Virus genome (UHGV): UHGV-0010228
Length of the DNA stretch: 64,000 nt
Origin: a virus
Direction: 5' to 3' (one strand)
Shown here: one piece after another, positions 30,360-40,726 of the stretch
Layout: every line of letters begins with the position of its first letter
Position numbering within the stretch: position 1 is the stretch's first letter
Program-made: the position numbers and the translations under genes
The notes under the pieces: generated by a model
Seen by the model: the letters and a program-made list of their open reading frames with translations, nothing else
Databases searched by the model: none
What the model was told of the DNA's origin: nothing

Positions 30360-31448
30360 CCGCCAGTAGACCCAGATCCAACGCCAAGCAACCCAGATAC
30401 TTCTGCAATGGTTGATGGTACAGAATACGGTACTGTACAGGAGGCGTTAGATGCAGTGGAAGCTGGCAAACCAGTAACCGTAAAGCTCTTCAAGGATACT
30501 GAAACTCCAGTTACAGTAAAGAAGGGTACAAATGTAACACTTGATCTCAATGATACTCTTATGACTGGTACTACAGATGCTGCTATTACAGTAGAAGATG
30601 GTGCCGAATTAACAATTAAGGGTACAGGTATAATTGATGCTGGTACAGCACCTAAGAAAGCGGCAATTGTAAACAAGGGTACAATGTCTATTCTCGGTGG
30701 TACAATTACTAGATCAGAAGAAACTGGTACTGCTTCAAACGTATCAGGAAAGAATAGCTACTATGCTATATATAATACAGGTACTATCAAAGAAATTGGT
30801 AAGGATGCCGTAATCACAAATACTTCAGGTTATTCTTCACTCATTTGCTGTATAGGTACAGCAGATAAGCCTGCTAGAATTGATAAGATTACTGGCGGTA
30901 GATTTACTAATAACTTCGTAGTACTTAAGATGGATGATTATTCATCTCTCGGAGAAATTAGTGGCGGTACATTCATTAATAACCAGGATGACTTTAATAA
31001 GGGTCCATCTGCTACAATCTTAGCATATGGTCCAATTGATAAGATCAGTGGTGGTACATTTGAATGTAAGGCTGAAACACCTGTAAAGGTATTTGGTTAC
31101 TATGACACATCTGCAAAGGTTTGTCAGACAGGTGTAATTAAGGAAATAACTGGTGGTACATTCAAGACTGGTCTCATGGAAACATGTGGATCATTATCTG
31201 CATCAGTACATCCGGTTAGCATTAATGATATTGATAAGTTTACAGACTTACCATCTGTTAAATCAATTACTGGTGGTACATTCATTGGTAATGTATTTAC
31301 AGAAAACGGTGGTGTTATTGAAGGTATTGCTGGAGGTTCATTCACTCTTAGAGATGCTGAGTCTGAAAAGGCTATGGAAGCATTCTTAAAGGACGGATGT
31401 AAACTTTCAGGTGGTAACGACAATAAGTGGACTGTTGCTCTCGGATAA
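30357..31448 (+). CDS. C-terminal extension domain (about 364 aa), reached by +1 frameshift from the upstream gene or by internal initiation at 30408; beta-helix-like repeats (I[ST]GGTF)
   Basis: Repeated motifs KITGGRF, EISGGTF, KISGGTF, EITGGTF, SITGGTF and IAGGSF recur at intervals of about 20-25 residues. Confidence 0.5.
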   Translation, partial: NPPVDPDPTPSNPDTSAMVDGTEYGTVQEALDAVEAGKPVTVKLFKDTETPVTVKKGTNVTLDLNDTLMTGTTDAAITVEDGAELTIKGTGIIDAGTAPKKAAIVNKGTMSILGGTITRSEETGTASNVSGKNSYYAIYNTGTIKEIGKDAVITNTSGYSSLICCIGTADKPARIDKITGGRFTNNFVVLKMDDYSSLGEISGGTFINNQDDFNKGPSATILAYGPIDKISGGTFECKAETPVKVFGYYDTSAKVCQTGVIKEITGGTFKTGLMETCGSLSASVHPVSINDIDKFTDLPSVKSITGGTFIGNVFTENGGVIEGIAGGSFTLRDAESEKAMEAFLKDGCKLSGGNDNKWTVALG

Positions 31449-31454
31449 ATAAAA

Positions 31455-31495
31455 AATAAAGATAGAATGAGGAAATCCTCATTCTATCTTTTTAT
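31455..31495. terminator. bidirectional terminator
   Basis: Hairpin aagatagaatgaggaaatcctcattctatctt with flanking A and T runs. Confidence 0.6.
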
Positions 31496-31504
31496 CTTAT
31501 AGAT

Positions 31505-31723
31505 TTACAGCAAATAGCATATTCCTAATAATATACAAAATGCTGTACAGAAAATATACCATCCATTACAATAATACAATTTAGGATTATTAGCTATATT
31601 TTCTTTATCTACAAATTTTATAAGTATAATAGATGTTAACCATCTAAATGACTTATAAAATGATATAAATACGATCACTGCAATTATTAAATAGCAAGTT
31701 AATACTATTAATAGAGATGCCAT
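31505..31723 (-). CDS. small membrane protein (72 aa, 2 TM)
   Basis: Hydrophobic ORF. Confidence 0.4.
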   Translation of the reverse strand: MASLLIVLTCYLIIAVIVFISFYKSFRWLTSIILIKFVDKENIANNPKLYYCNGWYIFCTAFCILLGICYLL

Positions 31724-31989
31724 TACTCTTCCCCTCCATTGATCATTTCAGAAATAGCCTCAGCTAATTTATTTACCTCATGCATATATCTATCAGTTTC
31801 TCTAGGCATATGTATTGATGGTAATGACGAATCCAATGGTATTACAGAATAGTGATCATATTCTGCAACCACAGTAAAGAATTTACCACCAACACTAATG
31901 TTGAAGGTAGATCCTGGTGCGTTGGCAATACCAACCTTTAATGAACTAAGTGCTGCGCCGTACATTCCATCTTTAGATGACTTACTCAT
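31723..31989 (-). CDS. hypothetical protein (88 aa)
   Basis: ORF with ggaggaa RBS. Confidence 0.4.
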   Translation of the reverse strand: MSKSSKDGMYGAALSSLKVGIANAPGSTFNISVGGKFFTVVAEYDHYSVIPLDSSLPSIHMPRETDRYMHEVNKLAEAISEMINGGEE

Positions 31990-32368
31990 AATTTAATTCC
32001 TCCTTATGAGATTCTCTATATAAAGCATTAACTATTTCATGACATATTGCAATTATATCTGGAATTTTAGTACTTCTTCTAATAAAAGCTAATGGACCTT
32101 TGAATTTATATTTTCTTCCAGATCTAACTGCATATATATCGCTATAACTATAATAAATATTGATATGTGATCCAAATATTACAGCTTTTACTTCTTTAAT
32201 ATTTGGATCTAATATTCCTTTATTAGCATAAGGAAATGTTTCCTCATATAATAATCGCTTTTCAATATTACAATCTTCAGGATAGTATCGTAAAGCATTT
32301 TCATAAATAGTTTCTTTTTCAAACATCATAGTTTCTTCTCCTTTACTATTATAACTGTATTTATTCAT
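31982..32368 (-). CDS. hypothetical protein (128 aa)
   Basis: ORF. Confidence 0.4.
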   Translation of the reverse strand: MNKYSYNSKGEETMMFEKETIYENALRYYPEDCNIEKRLLYEETFPYANKGILDPNIKEVKAVIFGSHINIYYSYSDIYAVRSGRKYKFKGPLAFIRRSTKIPDIIAICHEIVNALYRESHKEELNYE

Positions 32369-32447
32369 AATAATAATATATCTACATAACTCATTTAGAT
32401 AATTGAACTTTATAATAAATTATTCCTAAGCAAAGGAGGTGAAATAT

Positions 32448-33779
32448 ATGGGACATATGATGAGTGTTGAAAAATCAAAATTTATCAATGATAATATTTC
32501 AATCTATACTAAAAATAAAATAGGTCAATATAGTAAATTCTTAGAAAAGAATCCTATATTTGTAACATATTATCATCTAAATCAAGCTATGACAAGGTCA
32601 GATGTTGGTACTGGTGGTATTGAGAAGGATATAGGAGATAGATCTCCATTAAGATTTAATAAGATCTTAGATTTTCCTTTATATAATATACCAGAATTAA
32701 AACCTGATTTAGTATATGATGAAACCGGATATGATATAGATTTAGATATGAGTGATATAGTTTTATTACCAAATACAATAAAACCATCACCATCTGATTA
32801 TGTATTAATAAAATTCCCAGGGATTAAAACTTATTTATTTAGAGTTAATTCAGTCGGATATAATACCGTTCAGTCTAATGATTTCTATACTATATCTATG
32901 GATGTTAGATATATTGGTACTGATGTTGATGTTGCTAATATTGATAAACAAGTTGTAGAAACTTATCAGACAATATTCGAGAATATTGGTACTCAGGATA
33001 AATGTTTTATCAAATCAACAGATATTGACATAGTCAATAGTATAGTAGATCTGTTTTATACAATGAGACAGTTTTATATGGATATGTTTTATAAACAGGA
33101 TTGTAATTCGTTTGTATATACATCTACACAAGGTACTCCATGTGGAGAAACTTTAACTATATATGACCCATATTTGGAAGCATTTATTAATAAATCAAAT
33201 ATTTTCTTTGATGAAAATTCTGAATATGCTCTCGTATTAACGCCTAATGATATATTAGATGTATGCTTTAATGATACCTTTAATCGTAGTGTGTATAATG
33301 CAGTATTAAAGCATTCCACATTACAATTATCAAGGTATCAATATTATTATACATCAGCAGTTCAAAAATCTGCGTCTCCATTTAATCTATTAGGATATAA
33401 AACAAATTCAGTAAAGGTATTTACTAGTAAAATTGATTTGCGTAAATATGGAAATGATGGTAATGAACCATTGTGGGTAGACCTAAATCCAATACCAGGA
33501 TGGAAAGATACATGGACAGCTGGTGCTGATAATGCATATTTCTCTCTTGATTTTTTAGGTTGGCTTAAGGATGGGGATTGTATGCCATCAGATTATTTCC
33601 AGAGATTTATATATAATTATATGTATGATATTAAATTCCCAATATCTAAACGTGAATTATATGAAGAATCTGATAAAGATTTACAAAGATCATATAAGTA
33701 TTTACCGATAATATTGTATATACTAACACAGTTATATAATGAATATTTTCATAATGGCAAAGCTCTCGACTTACCATAA
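32448..33779 (+). CDS. hypothetical protein (about 443 aa; the track start at 32439 falls inside the RBS, and ATG 32448 is more likely)
   Basis: ORF with aaaggaggtg RBS. Confidence 0.5.
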   Translation: MGHMMSVEKSKFINDNISIYTKNKIGQYSKFLEKNPIFVTYYHLNQAMTRSDVGTGGIEKDIGDRSPLRFNKILDFPLYNIPELKPDLVYDETGYDIDLDMSDIVLLPNTIKPSPSDYVLIKFPGIKTYLFRVNSVGYNTVQSNDFYTISMDVRYIGTDVDVANIDKQVVETYQTIFENIGTQDKCFIKSTDIDIVNSIVDLFYTMRQFYMDMFYKQDCNSFVYTSTQGTPCGETLTIYDPYLEAFINKSNIFFDENSEYALVLTPNDILDVCFNDTFNRSVYNAVLKHSTLQLSRYQYYYTSAVQKSASPFNLLGYKTNSVKVFTSKIDLRKYGNDGNEPLWVDLNPIPGWKDTWTAGADNAYFSLDFLGWLKDGDCMPSDYFQRFIYNYMYDIKFPISKRELYEESDKDLQRSYKYLPIILYILTQLYNEYFHNGKALDLP

Positions 33780-33805
33780 TACCTTTAAGAAGGGAGAAAT
33801 TAACA

Positions 33806-34693
33806 ATGTTAGAAAATTTAGATGAAGCTTTAAGAAATCCATTATATGAATCTCTGATCGAATTTGATGAACCAGAAGACGAAATGGATTATGCTGAAGA
33901 ATCAAAAAAGGTAGACATTAATTCATTAACACTGGATGATTCAGATATTGATGAGCTTTTAAATGACGATGATGACGATGACGATGAACCAGATTTAGAA
34001 TCTGCAGAAGTTATTGAGGACGAATTCGATGAAGCTTTAGAATCAGTATTATATGATGATTTATCATCAGGTGATGAAAGTACTGATGATATTGTAGACG
34101 CACTCGAATCTATCTATGAAGAAACTGAAGAAGAAATCGAATCGGCATTAGAAAGCCTGGAAGGGGAATTTGATGATGATTTAGATTCAGCATTAGAATT
34201 CCAAGATACTAAATCAGAACTTGCTCGTAAAGCACTGATAGCTGTCAACCCTACTACTATGCCGGGTTATGCTATTAATCGTGGATTCCGTGTTGCTCAT
34301 ATTCGAAAGAGATTGCCTATAATTAATAAAGCGGATGATGTGATGGATGAAGCAAAAAAAATAAGCAAATCAGACCCTCAGGGTGCAATTGAAAAGATGA
34401 AATCTGCACAAAAAATGTACGAAAGAGCTCTCCAACAGGCATTATCTGCAAGATGGTGTAATTCGACAGTTGAATCATATCTTAAAAATAAAATTGATAG
34501 ATGTAGAGCTTACATCTTAAAATTTGATGGCGATGGACGAAGCATCCTTGAAATAATGAAATCTTTTGCTAAAGAACGTAGAAAATCAGTCAAGGATGCT
34601 AGAAAAAGATTGAAGAGCGGTGAGGATTTAGGAGCTGAAGAATCCTGGGTTGATTTTGAAGATGACTTTGATTTTGATATTGACGAAATTTAA
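33806..34693 (+). CDS. highly acidic protein (295 aa) with C-terminal EESWVDFEDDFDFD motif
   Basis: Its aromatic-acidic C-terminus is shared with the 19099-19908 protein. Confidence 0.5.
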   Translation: MLENLDEALRNPLYESLIEFDEPEDEMDYAEESKKVDINSLTLDDSDIDELLNDDDDDDDEPDLESAEVIEDEFDEALESVLYDDLSSGDESTDDIVDALESIYEETEEEIESALESLEGEFDDDLDSALEFQDTKSELARKALIAVNPTTMPGYAINRGFRVAHIRKRLPIINKADDVMDEAKKISKSDPQGAIEKMKSAQKMYERALQQALSARWCNSTVESYLKNKIDRCRAYILKFDGDGRSILEIMKSFAKERRKSVKDARKRLKSGEDLGAEESWVDFEDDFDFDIDEI

Positions 34694-34707
34694 GGAGGAA
34701 TATAATT

Positions 34708-35415
34708 ATGGCTAACATATCATTATATGATGATTATGATTATGCTACTGAAGGTATTTTCAGACCTTCAAAGGCAAATCGTGAAAAAGTTTCTAAGATG
34801 GAACTTAAAGAAATGCTTAGCATTTATATTAGAAAGAAGCAGAAACATGACCCTGGCTTCTTTGACAAGAGTGCCTCAAAGTTAAAAGCTGCAGCTAAAG
34901 AGATGAATGAAAGATATAGTGATGAATCTGATAGTGAAGGTGAGTCAGTACAGTTCATTGCTGTAGATGGAATTCCATTTGCTGTAATACTTAAGGATAA
35001 TAATCCAACAAGCATTATGTTTATGAGAGCTGGTAGTGTATCTAGAGGTAAGCTCGCAAAGCTTTCAGTGAACTCACTCAAGTCTGTTACTAGAGGTGCT
35101 GCTAGACAGTTAGATAGTGAAGATAAAGCTGCAAAGAAAGCTGCTAAGAATGCACCTGCAGAAGGCGGTGAAGCACCTGCTGGTGAATCACTCACTGATT
35201 TTGACTTCGATGAAGAAGACATTGAAGCAATGGAAGGTGTTATTAAGTGGCTGAAGGAAAAGCGTGCTAATCGTAAGGCTAAGAAAGCCGCTAAAAAGGC
35301 TGCGAAGGATACTGAAGATGAAGGTGAAAGTGTTGATGATGTTGATGAGTGTGTAGAATCACTTGAAAATATCCTCCTTGAGTCATATATTGATGGTGAT
35401 ATAGACTTATTTTAA
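34708..35415 (+). CDS. hypothetical protein with ATE|G N-terminal motif and internal DFDFDEEDIEAMEG|VIKWLKEK motif
   Basis: Abundant-type codon usage. Lys/Ala-rich repeats. Confidence 0.5.
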   Translation: MANISLYDDYDYATEGIFRPSKANREKVSKMELKEMLSIYIRKKQKHDPGFFDKSASKLKAAAKEMNERYSDESDSEGESVQFIAVDGIPFAVILKDNNPTSIMFMRAGSVSRGKLAKLSVNSLKSVTRGAARQLDSEDKAAKKAAKNAPAEGGEAPAGESLTDFDFDEEDIEAMEGVIKWLKEKRANRKAKKAAKKAAKDTEDEGESVDDVDECVESLENILLESYIDGDIDLF

Positions 35416-35485
35416 ACTTTTTAATAAGAACTTTACCGTAAATGGTAAAGTTCTTATTATTTTATAATAAGGAGGTTTTTGAATC

Positions 35486-37807
35486 ATGGCAAGGATTACA
35501 AATTTAGATGAACAACCAAGAATATACGATGATTCTAAGGTTGATATTAATAATTTATACATAGATGATTCTACAATGCCTAAAGAATTTGAAGATAATA
35601 TAGTACAACTTCAAAATGCTGCAGCATCTTCATTAAAACAGCGAAAACCAATATACAATTTTAAGACTAAAAATAAATCATTTTTAAATCTTTATAATGA
35701 TTTATATAATATGGGTATTAAAAATAATAAATTCTTTTTAAAATTATATGATAAAGACTTATTAACCATAGACCCATATTCTCCAATATTACCTAAAGAC
35801 TTACAGTTGAAGATAATATTAGAATGCTTTATTAATCCATGGTATTATTTAAGAGAAATCGCAAGGATACCAGTAACAGGTTTGCCGATTGAACCTGGTG
35901 GTGGTGTACCGTTTAAAGCTGATAGAGGAAATATTGCATCATGGTATTTATTTCTGAACGGAATAGATCAGTACAATAGTAAGCCGAGACAGCAAGGTAA
36001 AACTCAGAATGCGCTATGTGAATTCTTATATGCATTTCAATTCGGTACTTTATCAACTCAAATGCTATTCTTTAATAAGGATCAACCACAGGCAGCCGAA
36101 AATTTAGCTAGAGCTAAGGATCAGAGAGATTTATTACCATCATGGATGCAAATGAGAACGTTTATTGATGAAAATGGTAAAGCTGATAATGGTAAAGATA
36201 ATGTTCGATCATGGAAGAGTCCAATTACAAATAACGAAATTAAGGTAATGGGTAAAGCAACTTCAATGATGGCTGCACAAAAGATGGGAAGAGGTGCAAC
36301 TGCCCCATTACAATTTTATGATGAAACTGACTTTACTCCATATCTTGATGAAATTTTAGGTTCAGCATCACTAGCATATTCGAAAGCAGCTGAAGTTGCA
36401 GCTAGTAATAAATCACTATATGGTAGATTATTCTGTTCTACACCTGGTGACTTGGATACTAAAGAAGGTGCTTGGGCATCTGAATGGATAGGTAGAATGT
36501 TTGTTTGGAAAGATGAATACTATGATAGACCAATAAATCAGATAAAGGCAACACTTTCAAGAACCGATAATAATGGTATCGTATTTGTAGAACATAATTG
36601 GAGGCAATTAAAATTAACGAATGCATGGTATGAAAAACAGTGTAAATTACTTGATTATAATGAACTTCGCATCATGCGTGAAATTGATCTTAAGCGCGTA
36701 CATGGATCAAATCAGTCACCATTCAAAAGATCCGATATTATATATCTGACTAAGCATCAAAAGAATCCTATAAAAACATTAGATCTACAAAAGAATTTCT
36801 TATACTTTAATATATATGAGAATTTTAAACCAAATATACCATATATATTAGTAGTTGACCCATCTGAAGGTCTTATGGAAGATAATAATGCAGTTACAAT
36901 CATTAATCCATATTCACAAAAACCAATATGTGAATTTAAATGTAATTATATTTCACAAAAGAAGATGTATGAGTTATTATGTGCATTAATGGATCAGTAT
37001 TGTCCTAGATCTATGATCGTTATAGAAAATAATAAGGGTCGAGAATTAATAAACTACTTCCTAGACTCAAGATATAAATATAATTTATATTATGATGATA
37101 GTAAGTTACTTAGTAATATAACTGAAAAAGTTGATAAATATGGTTCATTAGTACAAGAAGCAAATCAACGAAGAGCATATGGATTATCAACTACTAGATC
37201 TAATAGACCAAAATATTTTGCAATATTAGAAAATGTAGTTGAAGAGAGAAAAGAACTAATCTATACAGAATATTTAGTAGATGATGTTTGTGGATTGATT
37301 AGAAAGCCTAGTGGAAAGGTAGAAGCAGGACCAGGTAAGCATGATGATAATATAATGTCATATCTTATGGGATTATATATCTATTATAATGCCCCAGATG
37401 ATTTATTGGAACGCTATGGTATTATCAGAGGTGCATCTGATCCTAATATATATGATAATGATGGTAAAGAATTGACCGAGGAAGAGTCTGTCAGACAGTT
37501 AAAGATGTTAGCACAGACGCAGGCTTTACCACCTGAATTACAGCAGATTCTTAATGATACATTAACACAAAGAAATGAAGTTGATGATAGCTGGGATTAT
37601 TATAAACAAATAGAAGATGCAAAAAAGAATTATAATCAATTACCATCAGAAATGAATGCATATGATAGATTGGCATCACAGAATATAATTCAATCCGGAA
37701 GTCCATTAGATGACACATATTGGGCAAATTTTGATAATGATATAATTAAATCTAACTTTGAAAGATATGATCATTCGCAATTTGATATTAATGATTATAT
37801 CGATTAA
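35486..37807 (+). CDS. terL: terminase large subunit
   Basis: Walker A KPRQQGKTQ (compare T4 gp17 SRQLGKT). Walker B-like LQFYDETDF. Nuclease-domain start ILVVDPSEG. 773 aa. Confidence 0.7.
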   Translation: MARITNLDEQPRIYDDSKVDINNLYIDDSTMPKEFEDNIVQLQNAAASSLKQRKPIYNFKTKNKSFLNLYNDLYNMGIKNNKFFLKLYDKDLLTIDPYSPILPKDLQLKIILECFINPWYYLREIARIPVTGLPIEPGGGVPFKADRGNIASWYLFLNGIDQYNSKPRQQGKTQNALCEFLYAFQFGTLSTQMLFFNKDQPQAAENLARAKDQRDLLPSWMQMRTFIDENGKADNGKDNVRSWKSPITNNEIKVMGKATSMMAAQKMGRGATAPLQFYDETDFTPYLDEILGSASLAYSKAAEVAASNKSLYGRLFCSTPGDLDTKEGAWASEWIGRMFVWKDEYYDRPINQIKATLSRTDNNGIVFVEHNWRQLKLTNAWYEKQCKLLDYNELRIMREIDLKRVHGSNQSPFKRSDIIYLTKHQKNPIKTLDLQKNFLYFNIYENFKPNIPYILVVDPSEGLMEDNNAVTIINPYSQKPICEFKCNYISQKKMYELLCALMDQYCPRSMIVIENNKGRELINYFLDSRYKYNLYYDDSKLLSNITEKVDKYGSLVQEANQRRAYGLSTTRSNRPKYFAILENVVEERKELIYTEYLVDDVCGLIRKPSGKVEAGPGKHDDNIMSYLMGLYIYYNAPDDLLERYGIIRGASDPNIYDNDGKELTEEESVRQLKMLAQTQALPPELQQILNDTLTQRNEVDDSWDYYKQIEDAKKNYNQLPSEMNAYDRLASQNIIQSGSPLDDTYWANFDNDIIKSNFERYDHSQFDINDYID

Positions 37808-37907
37808 TAAATTTAATATACAGAAATATGCTATAAATGTATATTTCTGTATATTAACCATTACAATTCTTTAATATGAATTTTAATAGAAAGCGAGATT
37901 CATTGTT

Positions 37908-38684
37908 ATGAGCGTATATAAATTAGAAACGGTCGCCGAAATTATGCAGTCATTAGACGTCGGCGAAACAATTCAAATGATTAAATCTCAGATAGAAAAT
38001 CCTGACGATGATTATATCACTCCAGTTATTGATATCTTCCAACCAGTCTATAATAATTATAAAGATTTATTAGATATAACAGAAACTGAAGATCCTGAGG
38101 ATATTTCAATAGCAAAAGATAATTTCTTTATGATCTGTCGCAATATCATAGATGCTATATGTGAAAAGTATGATATGTCGATAGATGATGATTATTTAGA
38201 TGATAATAGAGAAAAGTTAGTTGGTATAACATTAGGGTTATACTCATTTATGATTAAGGATTTTTATGCTGTAACTTATGAAATTATTAAAAATTATTTT
38301 GTGGAAAATATGGTAGCATTATATGATGTATTCAAAGGAATATCCATGGGTAAAGATGCTGTATCATCTTCAAATATGAAAAGATATTCCTTAGCAATGG
38401 CAACTTTAATGACTAACATATATGATATTGCAGATTATATATTTACAATGATCGATCAGGTTAATGTATTTGATTATATAGATCCTGGTTATATACCATT
38501 GGTAATTATAAGGAATTTATATAATAAAGGTGTATTATCTGGTAATTTTGTAAGAGTATTTGCAGATATATTCAAAGATAATATTCCATTAAGATCTAAA
38601 ATTTGTTTCGAAATATTATACCAGATAAAGAATGAAACAATTGAAGATATATTTAAAAGACTTCCAGTTGATAAGGAGAATTAA
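37908..38684 (+). CDS. hypothetical protein (258 aa)
   Basis: ORF. Confidence 0.45.
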   Translation: MSVYKLETVAEIMQSLDVGETIQMIKSQIENPDDDYITPVIDIFQPVYNNYKDLLDITETEDPEDISIAKDNFFMICRNIIDAICEKYDMSIDDDYLDDNREKLVGITLGLYSFMIKDFYAVTYEIIKNYFVENMVALYDVFKGISMGKDAVSSSNMKRYSLAMATLMTNIYDIADYIFTMIDQVNVFDYIDPGYIPLVIIRNLYNKGVLSGNFVRVFADIFKDNIPLRSKICFEILYQIKNETIEDIFKRLPVDKEN

Positions 38685-38687
38685 ATC

Positions 38688-39590
38688 ATGGATGAAAAGA
38701 CTAAATTAAATGAACTCGATACAATTATAGGAGATACAAAAGAAATAAATGTCACTGAAGATTTAGATAAAGATCTTCAGGAATTGTTAGATTCTATTGA
38801 TAGTATGCCATATATTGAAATTGGTGGACTTAAACAGAGAACTGAAAATGATGTAATTCAATTACAGAATGTAAAGCAGTTTGTTGATACTGTAAAAGAA
38901 ATTGACGATCCGACAACAAGAAAGATTGCTGAAGCTAATATTCTTGATAACGTTAAGCTTCAGACAGAAATTAATGATTTCAATACATCGTATGAAGAAG
39001 ATATGAAGAAGTTTGGAATTATCATTGATAAGTGTACTGCTAAATTAAACGAGATTCCTGAAGAAGAAAGAAATAAGACATCATTCTTATCTAATTCAAT
39101 GGTGGAATCATTAAAGTATCGTATTGATAAAATTGATCCTAATAATCTCAATTATGATTATATAGTTAAGAAGTACAATGAAGTTATTCATGCGTTTGAA
39201 TACCGCATGGACCATACATATTTAATAGATAGAGCTAAATCATTTATGAGTAATAAGAAGAATCTCAAAATGATTAAGAAGTATTTATCTGATAACGGAT
39301 ATGCTAAGAAGGTAATGAAACCATTATCTGTAACAATTAGAATTGAAATTGTAAAAGATGCAATGGAAGAGTTATTGGATATAACAGGTAGTGAAAAAAG
39401 TACGATCTTATTCATTATATTCCTTTCTAAAATTATGGAGAAGGAAAAAAGAAGTGGCAAGGATTCATATGTAAAAGTAATGATCTTAAATCTTGCGGAT
39501 TTACATAATAAAGTATTTGATTTATCAGATCCTGATTACTATAGAGAGTACTTAAAGTCAACTCTTCTCCCAATATTTAAAATTGATTAA
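38688..39590 (+). CDS. hypothetical protein (300 aa)
   Basis: ORF with ggagaa RBS. Confidence 0.45.
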   Translation: MDEKTKLNELDTIIGDTKEINVTEDLDKDLQELLDSIDSMPYIEIGGLKQRTENDVIQLQNVKQFVDTVKEIDDPTTRKIAEANILDNVKLQTEINDFNTSYEEDMKKFGIIIDKCTAKLNEIPEEERNKTSFLSNSMVESLKYRIDKIDPNNLNYDYIVKKYNEVIHAFEYRMDHTYLIDRAKSFMSNKKNLKMIKKYLSDNGYAKKVMKPLSVTIRIEIVKDAMEELLDITGSEKSTILFIIFLSKIMEKEKRSGKDSYVKVMILNLADLHNKVFDLSDPDYYREYLKSTLLPIFKID

Positions 39591-39653
39591 AAATATATAT
39601 TATTTATATGAATCAAATATCACAATATATTTATAATAAAGGAGGAGAATAAA

Positions 39654-40133
39654 ATGAAATTTGATTTTGAAAATTACATCGTTATATCTAAGGGATCATC
39701 ACTTGATGATTATAAGACTAAAAATGGATATGAATACACTGTTGAAGGTGCAAAGATATATCCACTTGAAACTGCTCTTCCAATAATCATTCAGGGTTCT
39801 GGTTGTGTTGGTGTTGGTTGGATAACTAGATATATAGTTACAACAACATCTACTACAATTAGCTTTGATAAATTAATCTTCAATAAGCCTGAAGTTTTAG
39901 AAGCATACTATAATTTATATAAAGCAGTAGCATCTAATGATGAAAATTCAGAAGATGTTATAATTCCAGGACTTAAGAAGAAAAAGGAGCGCGCTCCAAA
40001 GAATAAGTTCAGAGTAGATAATGATAGTTATTCTAGATCTTCCAATAAGAAATTTATAGATTCACTTGATGATATTGATGATGATGATAGTGATGATGTT
40101 TCATCTTTCTTTAGAAATCTGAGAGACTTTTAA
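39654..40133 (+). CDS. hypothetical protein with acidic C-terminus (159 aa)
   Basis: ORF with aaggagga RBS. Ends DDIDDDDSDDVSSFF. Confidence 0.45.
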   Translation: MKFDFENYIVISKGSSLDDYKTKNGYEYTVEGAKIYPLETALPIIIQGSGCVGVGWITRYIVTTTSTTISFDKLIFNKPEVLEAYYNLYKAVASNDENSEDVIIPGLKKKKERAPKNKFRVDNDSYSRSSNKKFIDSLDDIDDDDSDDVSSFFRNLRDF

Positions 40134-40213
40134 AGAATTTCTTATTGAATAATAAAACAAATTCCCCTCAAGGCATATTAGCACCTTGAGGGGATTTAAT
40201 AAAGGAGAAAATA

Positions 40214-40654
40214 ATGATAGGTGATAATTATAATATTCAGTGGAATATTAAACAGCAAGAAGTTGAAAATTTCTTTAATTCAAAAATGATTGCTAGACCT
40301 AATACATATTCTTCATATGAAGAATATGAAAATGAATTAAATAAATTCAGGAAGATATTATCTACTTACGATAAGGAATATATAGATATTGGAGTAGATA
40401 AGAAAATTAATGGGTTAATTATATATCCCGATTTATCAAGACCTTCTAAGTGTCATAGAACATATATAGATATTGAGAACCCATTTAAAGTTGGTTCTCG
40501 TATTTCAGATAAGGTTGGAATAATAAGAATAATGACTTTAAATACACGGGACATGATAATCGGAAATGAATATTATGAAGAGAATTTATATTTATCTTAT
40601 AATTTAAATAAGAATGAAATATACACATCAATATATGCTGATATGAAATTATAA
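40214..40654 (+). CDS. hypothetical protein (146 aa)
   Basis: ORF with aaggaga RBS. Confidence 0.45.
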   Translation: MIGDNYNIQWNIKQQEVENFFNSKMIARPNTYSSYEEYENELNKFRKILSTYDKEYIDIGVDKKINGLIIYPDLSRPSKCHRTYIDIENPFKVGSRISDKVGIIRIMTLNTRDMIIGNEYYEENLYLSYNLNKNEIYTSIYADMKL

Positions 40655-40726
40655 ATAACTTTGGGTGATGGAATGATCACCCTTTATTTTTTTATTTTTT
40701 AACAGCTATGTAAAGGAGGTGAGGTC

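Noticed and set aside
30300-31448. ORF-track call of an independent gene starting MRVENSSHLIALRERLL at 30300
   Set aside because: The first 57 nt lie inside the upstream gene, with no RBS. The frame is better explained as a +1 frameshift extension from 30356, or at most as internal initiation at 30408.
35486-37807. Calling the 773-aa protein a portal because of its size
   Set aside because: A Walker A motif (RQQGKT), a Walker B-like motif (FYDETD) and an RNase-H-like nuclease start (VVDPSEG) make large terminase much more likely.
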